DNA of 64,000 nt from an uncultured cyanobacterium. GTDB lineage: Bacteria; Cyanobacteriota; Cyanobacteriia; Cyanobacteriales; CAWCAG01. Positions 43,171 to 52,410 of this stretch are shown piece after piece (position 1 is the first letter of the stretch; each line of letters opens with the position of its first letter). A program made the translations under genes and the position numbers. Below the pieces are notes generated by a model, which saw nothing but the letters and a program-made list of their open reading frames with translations, did no database searches and was not told where the DNA came from. The DNA is taken from the NCBI GenBank assembly GCA_963793425.1, contig CAWCAG010000009.1:1024001-1088000 (forward strand). The letters are read 5' to 3'.

Positions 43171-43517
43171 AAAAAATGTAGAGGCATAAAAAACACCTCT
43201 ACACTCAACTTCCAAATAATTAAACTACTGAAATTAGGTCAAAGCCATCGCGGGTTCTTCCCAACGTTCCACTGCCTTACCAATCACAGCTAACTCTTTA
43301 ACCAAACGCTCAAAACGCTCTGGAGTTAGAGATTGTGGCCCATCAGACATCGCCTTAGCAGGGTTGGGATGCACCTCAATCATTAATGAATCTGTCCCTG
43401 CTGCGATACCTACGGTGGGCTTTGCCTACGCAGCTTTAGCCATCGGAGGAACATACTCCCATTTCCCTGTACCGTGGCTAGGATCGATCATAATTGGTAG
43501 GTGAGAAGCACGATCGC
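43171..43517 (-). pseudogene. Displaced duplicate of the aroF 3' end with its terminator
   Basis: 43234-43505 encodes [11 protein letters not shown]...EEPAMALT* with 2 aa differences from aroF; terminator copy at 43171-43203. Confidence 0.95.
43408..43428. repeat. 21-nt insertion into a HIP1 site (SDR5-like)
   Basis: GCGAT[ACCTACGGTGGGCTTTGCCTA]CGC versus the intact GCGATCGC at the same position in aroF. Confidence 0.9.
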
Positions 43518-43759
43518 AAAGCATCTCAACTCAGAAAAATCGCATTCTTGGCAGATAAGAAACCAAAATAAAAGAATCGCACCTTAAGCGAGGATGAAAT
43601 TACCGGACTTGGTCTTTGGACGCAAAGCTTAATTGGTGTACTTAAGCCAAACTCAGAAAATTAAACTGCCCCCTATGATGTAACTTTAGAACTAATAAGA
43701 TTTAAGTAATCTTAAAACATATAGAATACAGTCAACTCTCCTATGCGGAGTTTTTATTT

Positions 43760-43969
43760 ATGACCTTAACTGAAATGCTTCCTGTAATCCGGCAGCTTTC
43801 TATAGTAGAAAAGCTTAAATTGATTCGGATTCTTGCAGAAGACCTAGAAGCGGCAGAGGATATTTCTCCTCTAGAACCGTTTAAGACCTATGACCTGCCA
43901 ACTCCTTACAATAGCTTTGGATCTGGTGCTGTATTGATGCAGGCAGTAGAGTCAGTAAACCAACCTTAA
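43760..43969 (+). CDS. Small hypothetical (antitoxin-like) protein
   Basis: MTLTEMLPVIRQLSIVEKLKLIRILAEDL; GGAG RBS. Confidence 0.7.
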   Translation: MTLTEMLPVIRQLSIVEKLKLIRILAEDLEAAEDISPLEPFKTYDLPTPYNSFGSGAVLMQAVESVNQP

Positions 43970-43974
43970 TTGTA

Positions 43975-44142
43975 ATGCGTTTTCGCTACTCTACTACCGA
44001 TTCTTCCCAAAACGAGTTCGATAGCCTGCCACGAGTTTCAATCATTCTTCGTCGAGAAGGACACACTGTAGAAGCTCTCGGACTTGTTGATAGTGGTGCA
44101 ACCATTAATGTTTTGCCCTATGAAATTGGTCTTCAATTCTAA
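43975..44142 (+). pseudogene. Retropepsin-like aspartic protease, truncated at 55 aa
   Basis: MRFRY...ALGLVDSGATINVLPY.IGLQF*; cut off by a 16-nt aroF-end fragment. Confidence 0.75.
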
Positions 44143-44183
44143 GTTAAAGCCATCAGATGAGAAGCGCGATCGCAATATAAGAC

Positions 44184-44217
44184 AAAAAATGTAGAGGCAT
44201 CAAAAAACACCTCTACA
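44184..44217 (-). terminator. aroF terminator
   Basis: TGTAGAGG-loop-CCTCTACA with an A-run. Confidence 0.75.
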
Positions 44218-44240
44218 CTTAAATTTTAAACTATCCAAGC

Positions 44241-45299
44241 CTAAGTTAAAGCCATCGCTGGCTCTTCCCAACGTTCTACTGCCTTACCAATCACAGCTAA
44301 CTCCTTCACCAAACGGTCAAAACGTTCTGGAGTGAGAGATTGTGGCCCATCAGACATGGCTTTGGCGGGGTTGGGGTGAACTTCGAGCATTAATGAATCT
44401 GTTCCGGCTGCGATCGCCGCTTTAGCCATCGGGGGAACATATTCCCATTTCCCAGTACCATGACTGGGATCAATCATGATGGGGAGGTGAGTTAGCGATC
44501 GCAACACAGGAATTGCGGCTAAATCTAAGGTATTGCGGGCATATTTACGGTCGAAGGTACGAATACCCCGTTCACAAAGAATTACATTAGGATTACCTGC
44601 TGCTAGGATATATTCTGCTGCCATTAATAAATCATCAATAGTTGCTGCCATACCCCTTTTGAGGAGGACTGGCTTATCTTGCGCCCCTACCTTCTTTAGC
44701 AAGGCGAAGTTTTGCATATTCCGCGCCCCAATTTGCACCACATCGGCAACAGCGGAGATTTTTTCTACATCCGCAGTATCCATCACTTCTGTGATGATGC
44801 CTAAGCCTGTTGCTTCCCTCGCTGCTGCCAAGAAATGTAAAGCACTTTCCCCATGACCTTGGAAAGCATAGGGAGAAGTGCGAGGCTTGTAAGCGCCACC
44901 CCGCAAGAATTTTGCCCCCGCAGCTTTAACTCGCTTAGCTGTTTCAACAATCATCTCCTCATTCTCCACAGAACAAGGGCCAGCCACTAAAACAATGGGA
45001 TGATTTTCACTGAAGCTAACCTTACCATTCGGGGTAGAAACCACCACTTCACTAGGTTGCCCGTGGCGAAACTCCCGGCTAGCACGTTTGTAGGGGCGTT
45101 CTACTCGTAAAACCCTTTCAATCCAAGGGCTAACTTCCTGTAGTTGTAAAGGGTCTAAAGAAGCAGTATCTCCTACTAAACCAATCACAACTTTATGTTG
45201 ACCAACAATTTTTTCTGGGGTTAAGCCCCAATCTGTAAATTCGGTGCTAACACGACTAATTTCCTCTTCTGGGGAACCAACTTTCATGACAACGATCAT
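44241..45299 (-). CDS. aroF: DAHP synthase (class I-beta)
   Basis: AGPCSVE, GGAYKPRTSPY, IGARNMQN, DPSHG. Confidence 0.96.
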   Translation of the reverse strand: MIVVMKVGSPEEEISRVSTEFTDWGLTPEKIVGQHKVVIGLVGDTASLDPLQLQEVSPWIERVLRVERPYKRASREFRHGQPSEVVVSTPNGKVSFSENHPIVLVAGPCSVENEEMIVETAKRVKAAGAKFLRGGAYKPRTSPYAFQGHGESALHFLAAAREATGLGIITEVMDTADVEKISAVADVVQIGARNMQNFALLKKVGAQDKPVLLKRGMAATIDDLLMAAEYILAAGNPNVILCERGIRTFDRKYARNTLDLAAIPVLRSLTHLPIMIDPSHGTGKWEYVPPMAKAAIAAGTDSLMLEVHPNPAKAMSDGPQSLTPERFDRLVKELAVIGKAVERWEEPAMALT

Positions 45300-45540
45300 C
45301 TATACAATCTCCGTATGCCCAGCAGTTTTAACCCTGGGAACAATAAATTAAGAATCGACAATTGAGAAAAATATTTTTAGTAACCTGCTTATGAGGTTCG
45401 CTTAACTATTTAGATATTTAATCAAACCGAGCATAAAGTTGCGATAAAAAACACAAAACTTTGATTGTCTTATTGATTTGGGTAACTTCCCTAAAATATT
45501 TTTAACCTAATTTTGGTTAATTTTCTTCCCTTGACTTGGC

Positions 45541-45990
45541 TTATTTTCTTCCGTCCCGCCAAGCGCTGGTAGTCCTCCTGAAGTTGGGGCCAACTTCTGC
45601 TAAACCTAGCCAACTACCTTGTCTGTTTTCATCCCAGGAACTAGAGAATAAACCATAGCTTAAGCCCAAAACACCTAGGCCAAAAAAGCCCATACTTACT
45701 AGCAAGACAGCAGAGGTGGGCAGTTTAAATAAATTGTGGGAGACAATCCAGTAGCTGACAAAGAAGCTAAGAATACCAAAGCTGGTGGGAATGCCAGAAA
45801 ATAGTGCCATACGACGCACCATACGCTTACTTACAGCATCTGGTATGGCAGCAAGACTTGCCTCAGTTTTGCGAGGGGTTTTCTCCACAACTTTACTAGG
45901 AGAAGAAGAGGGAGGGGCTTTTTTTGGGGTTTTCTTCTTTTTGTTTTTGGGTTCAAAAGGCAGATGTTCCCCTTGAGATTCAGAAGACAT
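45541..45990 (-). CDS. PAM68 family PSII assembly factor
   Basis: IPDAVSKRMVRRM, LSYGLFSSSWD; downstream of rpsO. Confidence 0.92.
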   Translation of the reverse strand: MSSESQGEHLPFEPKNKKKKTPKKAPPSSSPSKVVEKTPRKTEASLAAIPDAVSKRMVRRMALFSGIPTSFGILSFFVSYWIVSHNLFKLPTSAVLLVSMGFFGLGVLGLSYGLFSSSWDENRQGSWLGLAEVGPNFRRTTSAWRDGRK

Positions 45991-46097
45991 ATACAGCAGT
46001 TTTAATCAAAATGATTTATTCTAGACTTTGGTTTTGGCTAATCGCTAATTGCTTTACAAGGAGCGAGATTGCTTGTGGGTTAGGCTGTATAGTTTTG

Positions 46098-46367
46098 TTA
46101 GCGACGAATGCCTAAGCGCTTGATTAATTGGAGATAGCGTTCACGACTTTCGCTTTGAATGAAAGATAAGAGGCGACGGCGACGACCAATCATTTTTAGT
46201 AGCCCTCGGCGAGAAGCATAATCTTTTTTGTTCTTTTTAAGATGCTCAGTTAGTTGGTTAATGCGTTCAGTTAGCATTGCTACTTGTAGATCAGCAGAAC
46301 CTGTATCGGTTTCATGCTTCTGATATTCAGACATTAATTCTTGTTTGCGCTGTTGAGTGAGAGTCAT
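46098..46367 (-). CDS. rpsO: 30S ribosomal protein S15
   Basis: DTGSADLQVAMLT, SRRGLLKMIGRRRRLL. Confidence 0.99.
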   Translation of the reverse strand: MTLTQQRKQELMSEYQKHETDTGSADLQVAMLTERINQLTEHLKKNKKDYASRRGLLKMIGRRRRLLSFIQSESRERYLQLIKRLGIRR

Positions 46368-46491
46368 AGTTGTTAGATTAAATTAATAAAACGCAGCAAT
46401 TTACCATATTATCACTCCTCATAAGCTGTTTGGGCTTAAGAGGAGTGATTTTGGTGAGGGAGACTAGTTGAGATCAAGTCGCTCTGGGAAT

Positions 46492-48177
46492 TTATTGATT
46501 TTCCAAAGTTAAAGAATCTAGCAAAATTAAAGGTAAAGCTTCTTTGCTAATGCTTAGAGCATAACTGGAAGTTAAATAATCTTGGTACTCAGGCAATTGA
46601 CCAATGTAAGTGCTGAAGAAAGCTAAGCTCAGGGCCTTAACATATTCTTGGGCTATTTTGGGATCAGGACCGACGGCTTCAGGGGGAAGGGGAATACTAC
46701 CTTCGTCTTCGGCGATCGCAGAAAAATGTGTACCTCCTTTTAAAAGGGCTAGATATTTTGGGGGAGAGGTTAACCAAGTGAAGGGCATGATTTGCTCAAC
46801 TAAAACTGGGGTAACGGTGTCGTCACTGCTACCAAAAATCATAATTGGTTGCTCAATTTTGCCGATTTCAGTTTCTCCAAAAATTGTACTATCTAGAGGA
46901 TTGATCGCTATTACTGCGGCGATGCGGTCATCTTTTAACTCATAATTAGCGTCCTCTAAGTAAATAGCTTGACACTGAAGCAACAAAGAGATGTTAAGAA
47001 AATCGACATTACTATCAGATTGACAATCTGCTCGTACTTGTTCGCGGTTAATGTCTGCACCTGCTAGGGCTAAGCTGGTATAAGCGCCGTAGGATTGTCC
47101 TAAAATACCTATCCGTTCGAGATTAATCTTGTTGCTATAGGATTGTTCCAAAACATCTAATAAGTATTTAATATCTAAGGGTCGGTCAATTAATTCTTGG
47201 GGGGGAGAAACTTCGTTAGCCAATCCAGCTAACAAAGCCCCAACTTGTGCAGAATTACTACCAGGATGTTCTAAAGCAGCCACAGCAAAGCCGTGGGAGG
47301 CTAAATGAAGGGCAACATAGCGAAAGGAATTAAGATTGGAACCGAGTCCGTGGGAAATGACGATTAAAGGAGACGTTTCCTTACTATTTTGGGGTAAATA
47401 CAAATCAACAGGAAAGCTTCTTAAACGTTGATTGTCTCGGAGATTCAACCTTTCTACCGTAAATTTAGTTGTGCCAGACTCCCTTAGTTCCCTTAAATTC
47501 GGTAGGTTAGTGATGGGATTGGCTAAGGCAGATTCCCTCCCTTGAATTTCAATGTCGCTTACAGCTTGTTGAGTAAGCTTGATGGTACTGCTTAATTGAT
47601 CGAGAATTTGAAAACCGCTTCGGGAGTTGATGCGTATGCCGACGGTGGGAAACTTTTTTAAAATATTTAAAGGGGTTAGTCCTTCTTCATCAGCCGCAGC
47701 CAAAATTAAAGCAGAACGTAAAGCATAGAAACCTGATTGGCGGGCTTGGGTTTGAATTACTTTTCCTACCCGTTGCAAGATAATTTCTCCTTGGGGAGTA
47801 TAGAAAAACTGTGCTACAGCTACTGCATCTAAATCAGCACGGGTTTGCAATACTTGTCTGAGTTGAATTAACTGTTTTTCATTCAAATAACCAGCATAGG
47901 TAGTTAATTCTTGCTCAATTTTTCCTTCCCTAGCATAGGTTTCTAAAGCTTCTACGGAGATAGAAAAATCTAAAATCCCATAAGAAACATAAATGCGTTC
48001 TGCACTCAGGGCGCGATCAGCAAGTAAGTTAGGAGTGGTTAGCAAAAAGCCTAGATTAATTAGGGCAATTCCCCATTTAGTCCAAGACCGAGAAGTCGCC
48101 TTCGGAAAGGTGATTTTTTGATGAGTTAGCTTAGAGTTTTCGGTCAAAGGAGCAAACTTGGTGGAAAAAAAATTCAT
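46492..48177 (-). CDS. DUF1400 + alpha/beta hydrolase
   Basis: AERIYVSYG, SHGLGS, GQSYG nucleophile, GTHFS. Confidence 0.9.
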   Translation of the reverse strand: MNFFSTKFAPLTENSKLTHQKITFPKATSRSWTKWGIALINLGFLLTTPNLLADRALSAERIYVSYGILDFSISVEALETYAREGKIEQELTTYAGYLNEKQLIQLRQVLQTRADLDAVAVAQFFYTPQGEIILQRVGKVIQTQARQSGFYALRSALILAAADEEGLTPLNILKKFPTVGIRINSRSGFQILDQLSSTIKLTQQAVSDIEIQGRESALANPITNLPNLRELRESGTTKFTVERLNLRDNQRLRSFPVDLYLPQNSKETSPLIVISHGLGSNLNSFRYVALHLASHGFAVAALEHPGSNSAQVGALLAGLANEVSPPQELIDRPLDIKYLLDVLEQSYSNKINLERIGILGQSYGAYTSLALAGADINREQVRADCQSDSNVDFLNISLLLQCQAIYLEDANYELKDDRIAAVIAINPLDSTIFGETEIGKIEQPIMIFGSSDDTVTPVLVEQIMPFTWLTSPPKYLALLKGGTHFSAIAEDEGSIPLPPEAVGPDPKIAQEYVKALSLAFFSTYIGQLPEYQDYLTSSYALSISKEALPLILLDSLTLENQ

Positions 48178-48425
48178 AACGTGGTTGGTGCTGTCTAGTA
48201 TATGGGTTACTCGTTGGCGACGATCAACTTTCCTATTTCTCTTTGGTGCTTAATTAAGCTGTACTGACTAGTTGTTTTGAGATCAGGATTTCATTTCTCT
48301 CATTCTAGAACTTCACTATCTCTGACAGTTTTAAGCTTTAAATTTGACTTAAATACAATTTAAAGTTTAATCCAGCTTATAATAGACTCTTTGCTATTAA
48401 TCTGGGTAAATTAAGCAATTAAACG

Positions 48426-49352
48426 ATGGGTATACAGGATTTAAAGGGAAGAGATTTTCTCAGAATAACAGACCTCAATTCCTCAGAGATTAAAGAGCTA
48501 TTGCATCTAGCTAAAGAGCTTAAAAGTGGAGAGCGTTCTTTTCGCACCCATAAAGAATTGGGGCTTTTGTTTTATAAAGCTTCCACTCGCACCCGTGTTA
48601 GTTTTACTGTGGCGATGCACCGTTTAGGAGGGCAAGTAATTGATCTTAACCCTAATGTTACTCAAGTAGGTAGAGGAGAACCAATCTCAGATACAGCAAG
48701 AGTTCTAGATCGTTACCTCAATATTCTCGCCATTCGTACTTTTAAGCAAGAAGATTTGGAAATTTTCGCTAAGTACACCAAAGTTCCCATCGTTAATGCT
48801 TTGAGTGATTTAGAGCATCCCTGTCAAATTTTAGCTGATTTATTGACGATACAAGAATCTTTTGAGGATCTTCGTGGGGTCAATTTAGCCTATTTGGGAG
48901 ATGGTAATAATGTTGCCCATTCTCTACTGTTAGGTTGCGCGTTGATGGGTATTAATATTAGCCTTGCTACCCCAATCAATCACCAACCCTCTAGAAAAAT
49001 TGTTGAACAAGGTCGAAATATTGCTGGCGATCGCTCTCAAGTTTTGCTTACTGATGACCCGATGCAAGCAGTCAAAAATGCCCAGGTTATTTATACTGAT
49101 GTTTGGGCAAGTATGGGGCAAGAAGATTTGGCAGATAGCCGCTTACCTGTATTTCAAAATTATCAAGTTAATGGCACTATTCTCAACAATGCTCATCCCG
49201 GAGCCATCGTACTTCACTGTTTGCCCGCCCATCGAGGAGAAGAAATAACAGAAGCAGTTATTGAAGGAAAACAATCAAAAGTTTGGGAACAAGCAGAAAA
49301 TAGAATGCACGCTCAACAAGCTCTTTTGGCAGCTTTATTAGGATTGTGTTGA
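48426..49352 (+). CDS. argF: Ornithine carbamoyltransferase
   Basis: STRTR, HPCQ, HCLP. Confidence 0.97.
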   Translation: MGIQDLKGRDFLRITDLNSSEIKELLHLAKELKSGERSFRTHKELGLLFYKASTRTRVSFTVAMHRLGGQVIDLNPNVTQVGRGEPISDTARVLDRYLNILAIRTFKQEDLEIFAKYTKVPIVNALSDLEHPCQILADLLTIQESFEDLRGVNLAYLGDGNNVAHSLLLGCALMGINISLATPINHQPSRKIVEQGRNIAGDRSQVLLTDDPMQAVKNAQVIYTDVWASMGQEDLADSRLPVFQNYQVNGTILNNAHPGAIVLHCLPAHRGEEITEAVIEGKQSKVWEQAENRMHAQQALLAALLGLC

Positions 49353-49400
49353 TGAGGCAAATCAACTAGCAATTAGCAATTAGCAATTACTTTCTTTGCT

Positions 49401-49414
49401 AGTACTAGTGTTCT
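49401..49414. promoter_or_regulatory. Cyanobacterial LexA box
   Basis: AGTACTAGTGTTCT fits RGTACNNNDGTWCB, upstream of lexA. Confidence 0.85.
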
Positions 49415-49497
49415 AGAATTAATAACAGTTAGTTAGAGGGAGAAAACTTTTCCTAACCTAACTACTATTAAACAACTATTTGTCCTCATAGAAAATT

Positions 49498-50100
49498 ATG
49501 GAACCTCTCACCGAAGCTCAAAAAGAACTATTTGATTGGTTAGTAGAATATATTCGTACCTCCCAATATGCTCCTTCAATTAGACAGATGATGCGAGCGA
49601 TGAATCTCAAATCCCCTGCACCAATTCAAAGCCGCTTAGAGAGATTGCGGTCTAAAGGTTATATTGATTGGACAGAAGGAAAAGCTCGTACCCTTCGCAT
49701 TCTTCATGCAGAAGCAAAAGGATTGCCAGTATTAGGAGCGATCGCAGCAGGGGGATTAGTGGAACCTTTTACTGATGAAAAGGAGAAGTTAGATTTATCA
49801 GATTTAATTCAACGCCCCAACTGTTTTGCTTTGAGGGTGACAGGAGATAGCATGATTGAAGACTATATTACTGAAGGGGATATGGCAATTATGCGCTCTG
49901 TTCCGGCTAAGGATGAGGTTAAGAATGGTGAAATTGTGGCTGCTAGGGTGGAAGGATACGGCACTACCTTAAAGCGCTTCTATCGCCAAGCAGACCAAGT
50001 TACCCTCAGACCTTCCAATCCTAAATATACTCCCATCCAAGTTGCCGCAGATAGAGTGGATATACAAGGGGTTTTGGTTGGGGTTTGGCGGGGGTATTGA
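49498..50100 (+). CDS. lexA: SOS repressor LexA
   Basis: wHTH; AAG cleavage site; GDSM Ser; TLKR Lys. Confidence 0.97.
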   Translation: MEPLTEAQKELFDWLVEYIRTSQYAPSIRQMMRAMNLKSPAPIQSRLERLRSKGYIDWTEGKARTLRILHAEAKGLPVLGAIAAGGLVEPFTDEKEKLDLSDLIQRPNCFALRVTGDSMIEDYITEGDMAIMRSVPAKDEVKNGEIVAARVEGYGTTLKRFYRQADQVTLRPSNPKYTPIQVAADRVDIQGVLVGVWRGY

Positions 50101-50138
50101 GTGATTAGGGAGCAGGGAGCTAGGGATGTAAATTAAAT

Positions 50139-51140
50139 ATGCTCAATGATAAATTGTTTTCTACTCCTTTAAAAATTGGCTCAGTGGAAGTGAATAGCCG
50201 TGTTTTGCAGTCCCCTTTGTCAGGGGTGACTGATTTGGTGTTTCGGCGTTTAGTTCGGCGCTACTCTCCGGACTCAATGATGTATACAGAGATGGTTAGT
50301 GCTAAGGAAATACACCATCTCCGGGAATTGCCCAAGTTGATGGAAATTGACCCTCAAGAGCGTCCTATTAGTATTCAACTTTTTGACTGTCGCCCTGATT
50401 TTATGGGAGAAGCAGCTCAAAAAGCTGTGGCAGAGGGGGCGGATACTGTGGATATTAATATGGGTTGTCCGGTTAATAAGATTACTAAAAAAGGTGGTGG
50501 TTCTTCTTTGTTGAGGCAACCGGAAGTAGCTGTGGCTATTGTCAAAGCAGTGGTGCAAGCGGTGGATGTTCCGGTAACAGTGAAAACTCGCTTGGGGTGG
50601 GATGATGCTCAGATTAATATCCTCGATTTTGCTAAAGCTCTTGAAAATGCTGGGGCAGCAATGCTAACTTTGCACGGCCGCACTCGCGCTCAGGGTTACA
50701 ATGGTTCTGCAAGGTGGGAATGGATTAAGAAAGTGAAGGAAGTTCTGACTATTCCGGTTATTGCTAACGGTGATATTTTTTCTGTAGAAGCTGCGGTGAA
50801 ATGCTTGGCAGAAACTGGGGCAGATGGAGTGATGTGTTCGCGAGGTACTCTAGGTTATCCCTTTTTGGTGGGGGAAATAGATACTTACCTAAAAACAGGT
50901 GTAAGATTGCCTCAAGCTACCCCTATTGACAGGCTTCAATGTGCAAAAGAACATTTAAAAGGGTTGTGGGAATATAAAGGGGAACGAGGTCTTCTCCAAT
51001 CTAGGAAGCATATGGCTTGGTATGCTAAAGGTTTTGTGGGGGCTGGGGAGTTGCGGGATAAGTTATCTCGTTTAGAGAGTGTTGCTCAAGGTTGTGAGTT
51101 GATTGATGTTGCGATCGCTAATTTGGAAGTTGAAGTTTGA
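50139..51140 (+). CDS. dusB: tRNA dihydrouridine synthase
   Basis: DINMGCP, HGRTRAQ, ANGDI. Confidence 0.94.
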   Translation: MLNDKLFSTPLKIGSVEVNSRVLQSPLSGVTDLVFRRLVRRYSPDSMMYTEMVSAKEIHHLRELPKLMEIDPQERPISIQLFDCRPDFMGEAAQKAVAEGADTVDINMGCPVNKITKKGGGSSLLRQPEVAVAIVKAVVQAVDVPVTVKTRLGWDDAQINILDFAKALENAGAAMLTLHGRTRAQGYNGSARWEWIKKVKEVLTIPVIANGDIFSVEAAVKCLAETGADGVMCSRGTLGYPFLVGEIDTYLKTGVRLPQATPIDRLQCAKEHLKGLWEYKGERGLLQSRKHMAWYAKGFVGAGELRDKLSRLESVAQGCELIDVAIANLEVEV

Positions 51141-51658
51141 TTTCAATCTCTTTAGCAAAATAACGACATTTTGTCAAAAAAACTTTTCAAAGCCCCTCAA
51201 AAATTTGTCATTCACTTGCCCCTCATGTTCTGGTTTTTGAGGGAGAATAGCAGCTTAATTAACGATTTATCGAGGTTGTAGAGATTGCGTTTTAATTTTG
51301 GACAGGAGGAGAGAAGTATGAATTTTTTGATTATACTACTAAACCACGTAAATGCGTCATTTTTAGGATTTTTCGGGGCTTGACATTTTTAAAGTTGAAG
51401 TTATGTAAATTTAAAATGTTTAATCATCAACTTATTTTTCTTGAACTTTTGCTTATGGTTGTGTAACCTCTAGCTTTTTTCTCCCTTGACATGATATTAT
51501 CTATATGGTGGAAAAGGTGCGTCCTGAAAAGCAGTTTTCCAGCAGATTTTTACTTAAAAGTACCTTTATAAAATCGACCGAATAAAGTTCTCAAACCCTG
51601 CTCCCTGCTCTTACAAATAACCTGTGCTAGTAAACCAAATCTAGTTGAGATGACCCCA

Positions 51659-52279
51659 CTAAACAACCCGCTTGAGAATCTTCAACACATCGTATAACTC
51701 GTTGTGAGATTGTCGAAAGAGGGAAAAATCATCAGAAAGGGCATAAAGAGGTTGAGGCTTTTTATGCAACTTGAGAAACAAAAACCCATCACCATTAGTT
51801 ACTAAACCAAAAATTGGCTTTTCTGTATTAGGACTCCCCATCATATAGGTTAAGGCTTGAGGAATAGCAAGAGAAAAAGAAAACTTAGCTTGTTTTGATT
51901 CCACCAACAGCAACCAAAAGTTATCTTGCAGCACCAAGGCATCAATACGACCTCTGTAAGTAACCTCCTCATCTTCAACAGTAAGATTTACTCCAGCTTC
52001 TCCCCTTAACTTGAAAGGAGGATCACACAAACCAGCGAGATAGAGCAGAGGAGAGACTAATAGTAAATTAATCGTACTTTCTGTTAAAGGGCCATCAGCA
52101 CTATTGTAGAGGTAACTAGCTTTAATCCGGTCTAGGCTAGCTTCCTCCCCTGGAGTTAAGTTGGGCAACTGTTGCCGCCATTCAAAGAAAAACTGCCAGT
52201 CGGAAGCCCGACTCAAGCCTAGTTGAGTTTCTGCTTGGTTAAGGGATTTAATTGCTTCTGTAACAGCAAGGGTAGTCAT
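51659..52279 (-). CDS. HsdR_N-like PD-(D/E)xK protein (cyanobacterial family)
   Basis: GRIDALVL..LVESK, PQALTYM, GLVTNG. Confidence 0.8.
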   Translation of the reverse strand: MTTLAVTEAIKSLNQAETQLGLSRASDWQFFFEWRQQLPNLTPGEEASLDRIKASYLYNSADGPLTESTINLLLVSPLLYLAGLCDPPFKLRGEAGVNLTVEDEEVTYRGRIDALVLQDNFWLLLVESKQAKFSFSLAIPQALTYMMGSPNTEKPIFGLVTNGDGFLFLKLHKKPQPLYALSDDFSLFRQSHNELYDVLKILKRVV

Positions 52280-52410
52280 ACCAAATCCTGTTTAAATAGC
52301 ATAAGTTATCGGTGAGGGTAGGGAGTAGGGAGCAGGGAGCAGGGAGCAGGGTTGGCGCACTTCCTTGCCGTAGGCTACAGGCAGTAGGGTTTGAAAACTT
52401 TTTAAAGTCC

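Noticed and set aside
49368..49390. Heptamer tandem repeats (also 52318-52350 and 62656-62685) and REP-like palindromes (59169-59233, 61502-61525)
   Set aside because: Common intergenic repeats in cyanobacteria; not notable alone
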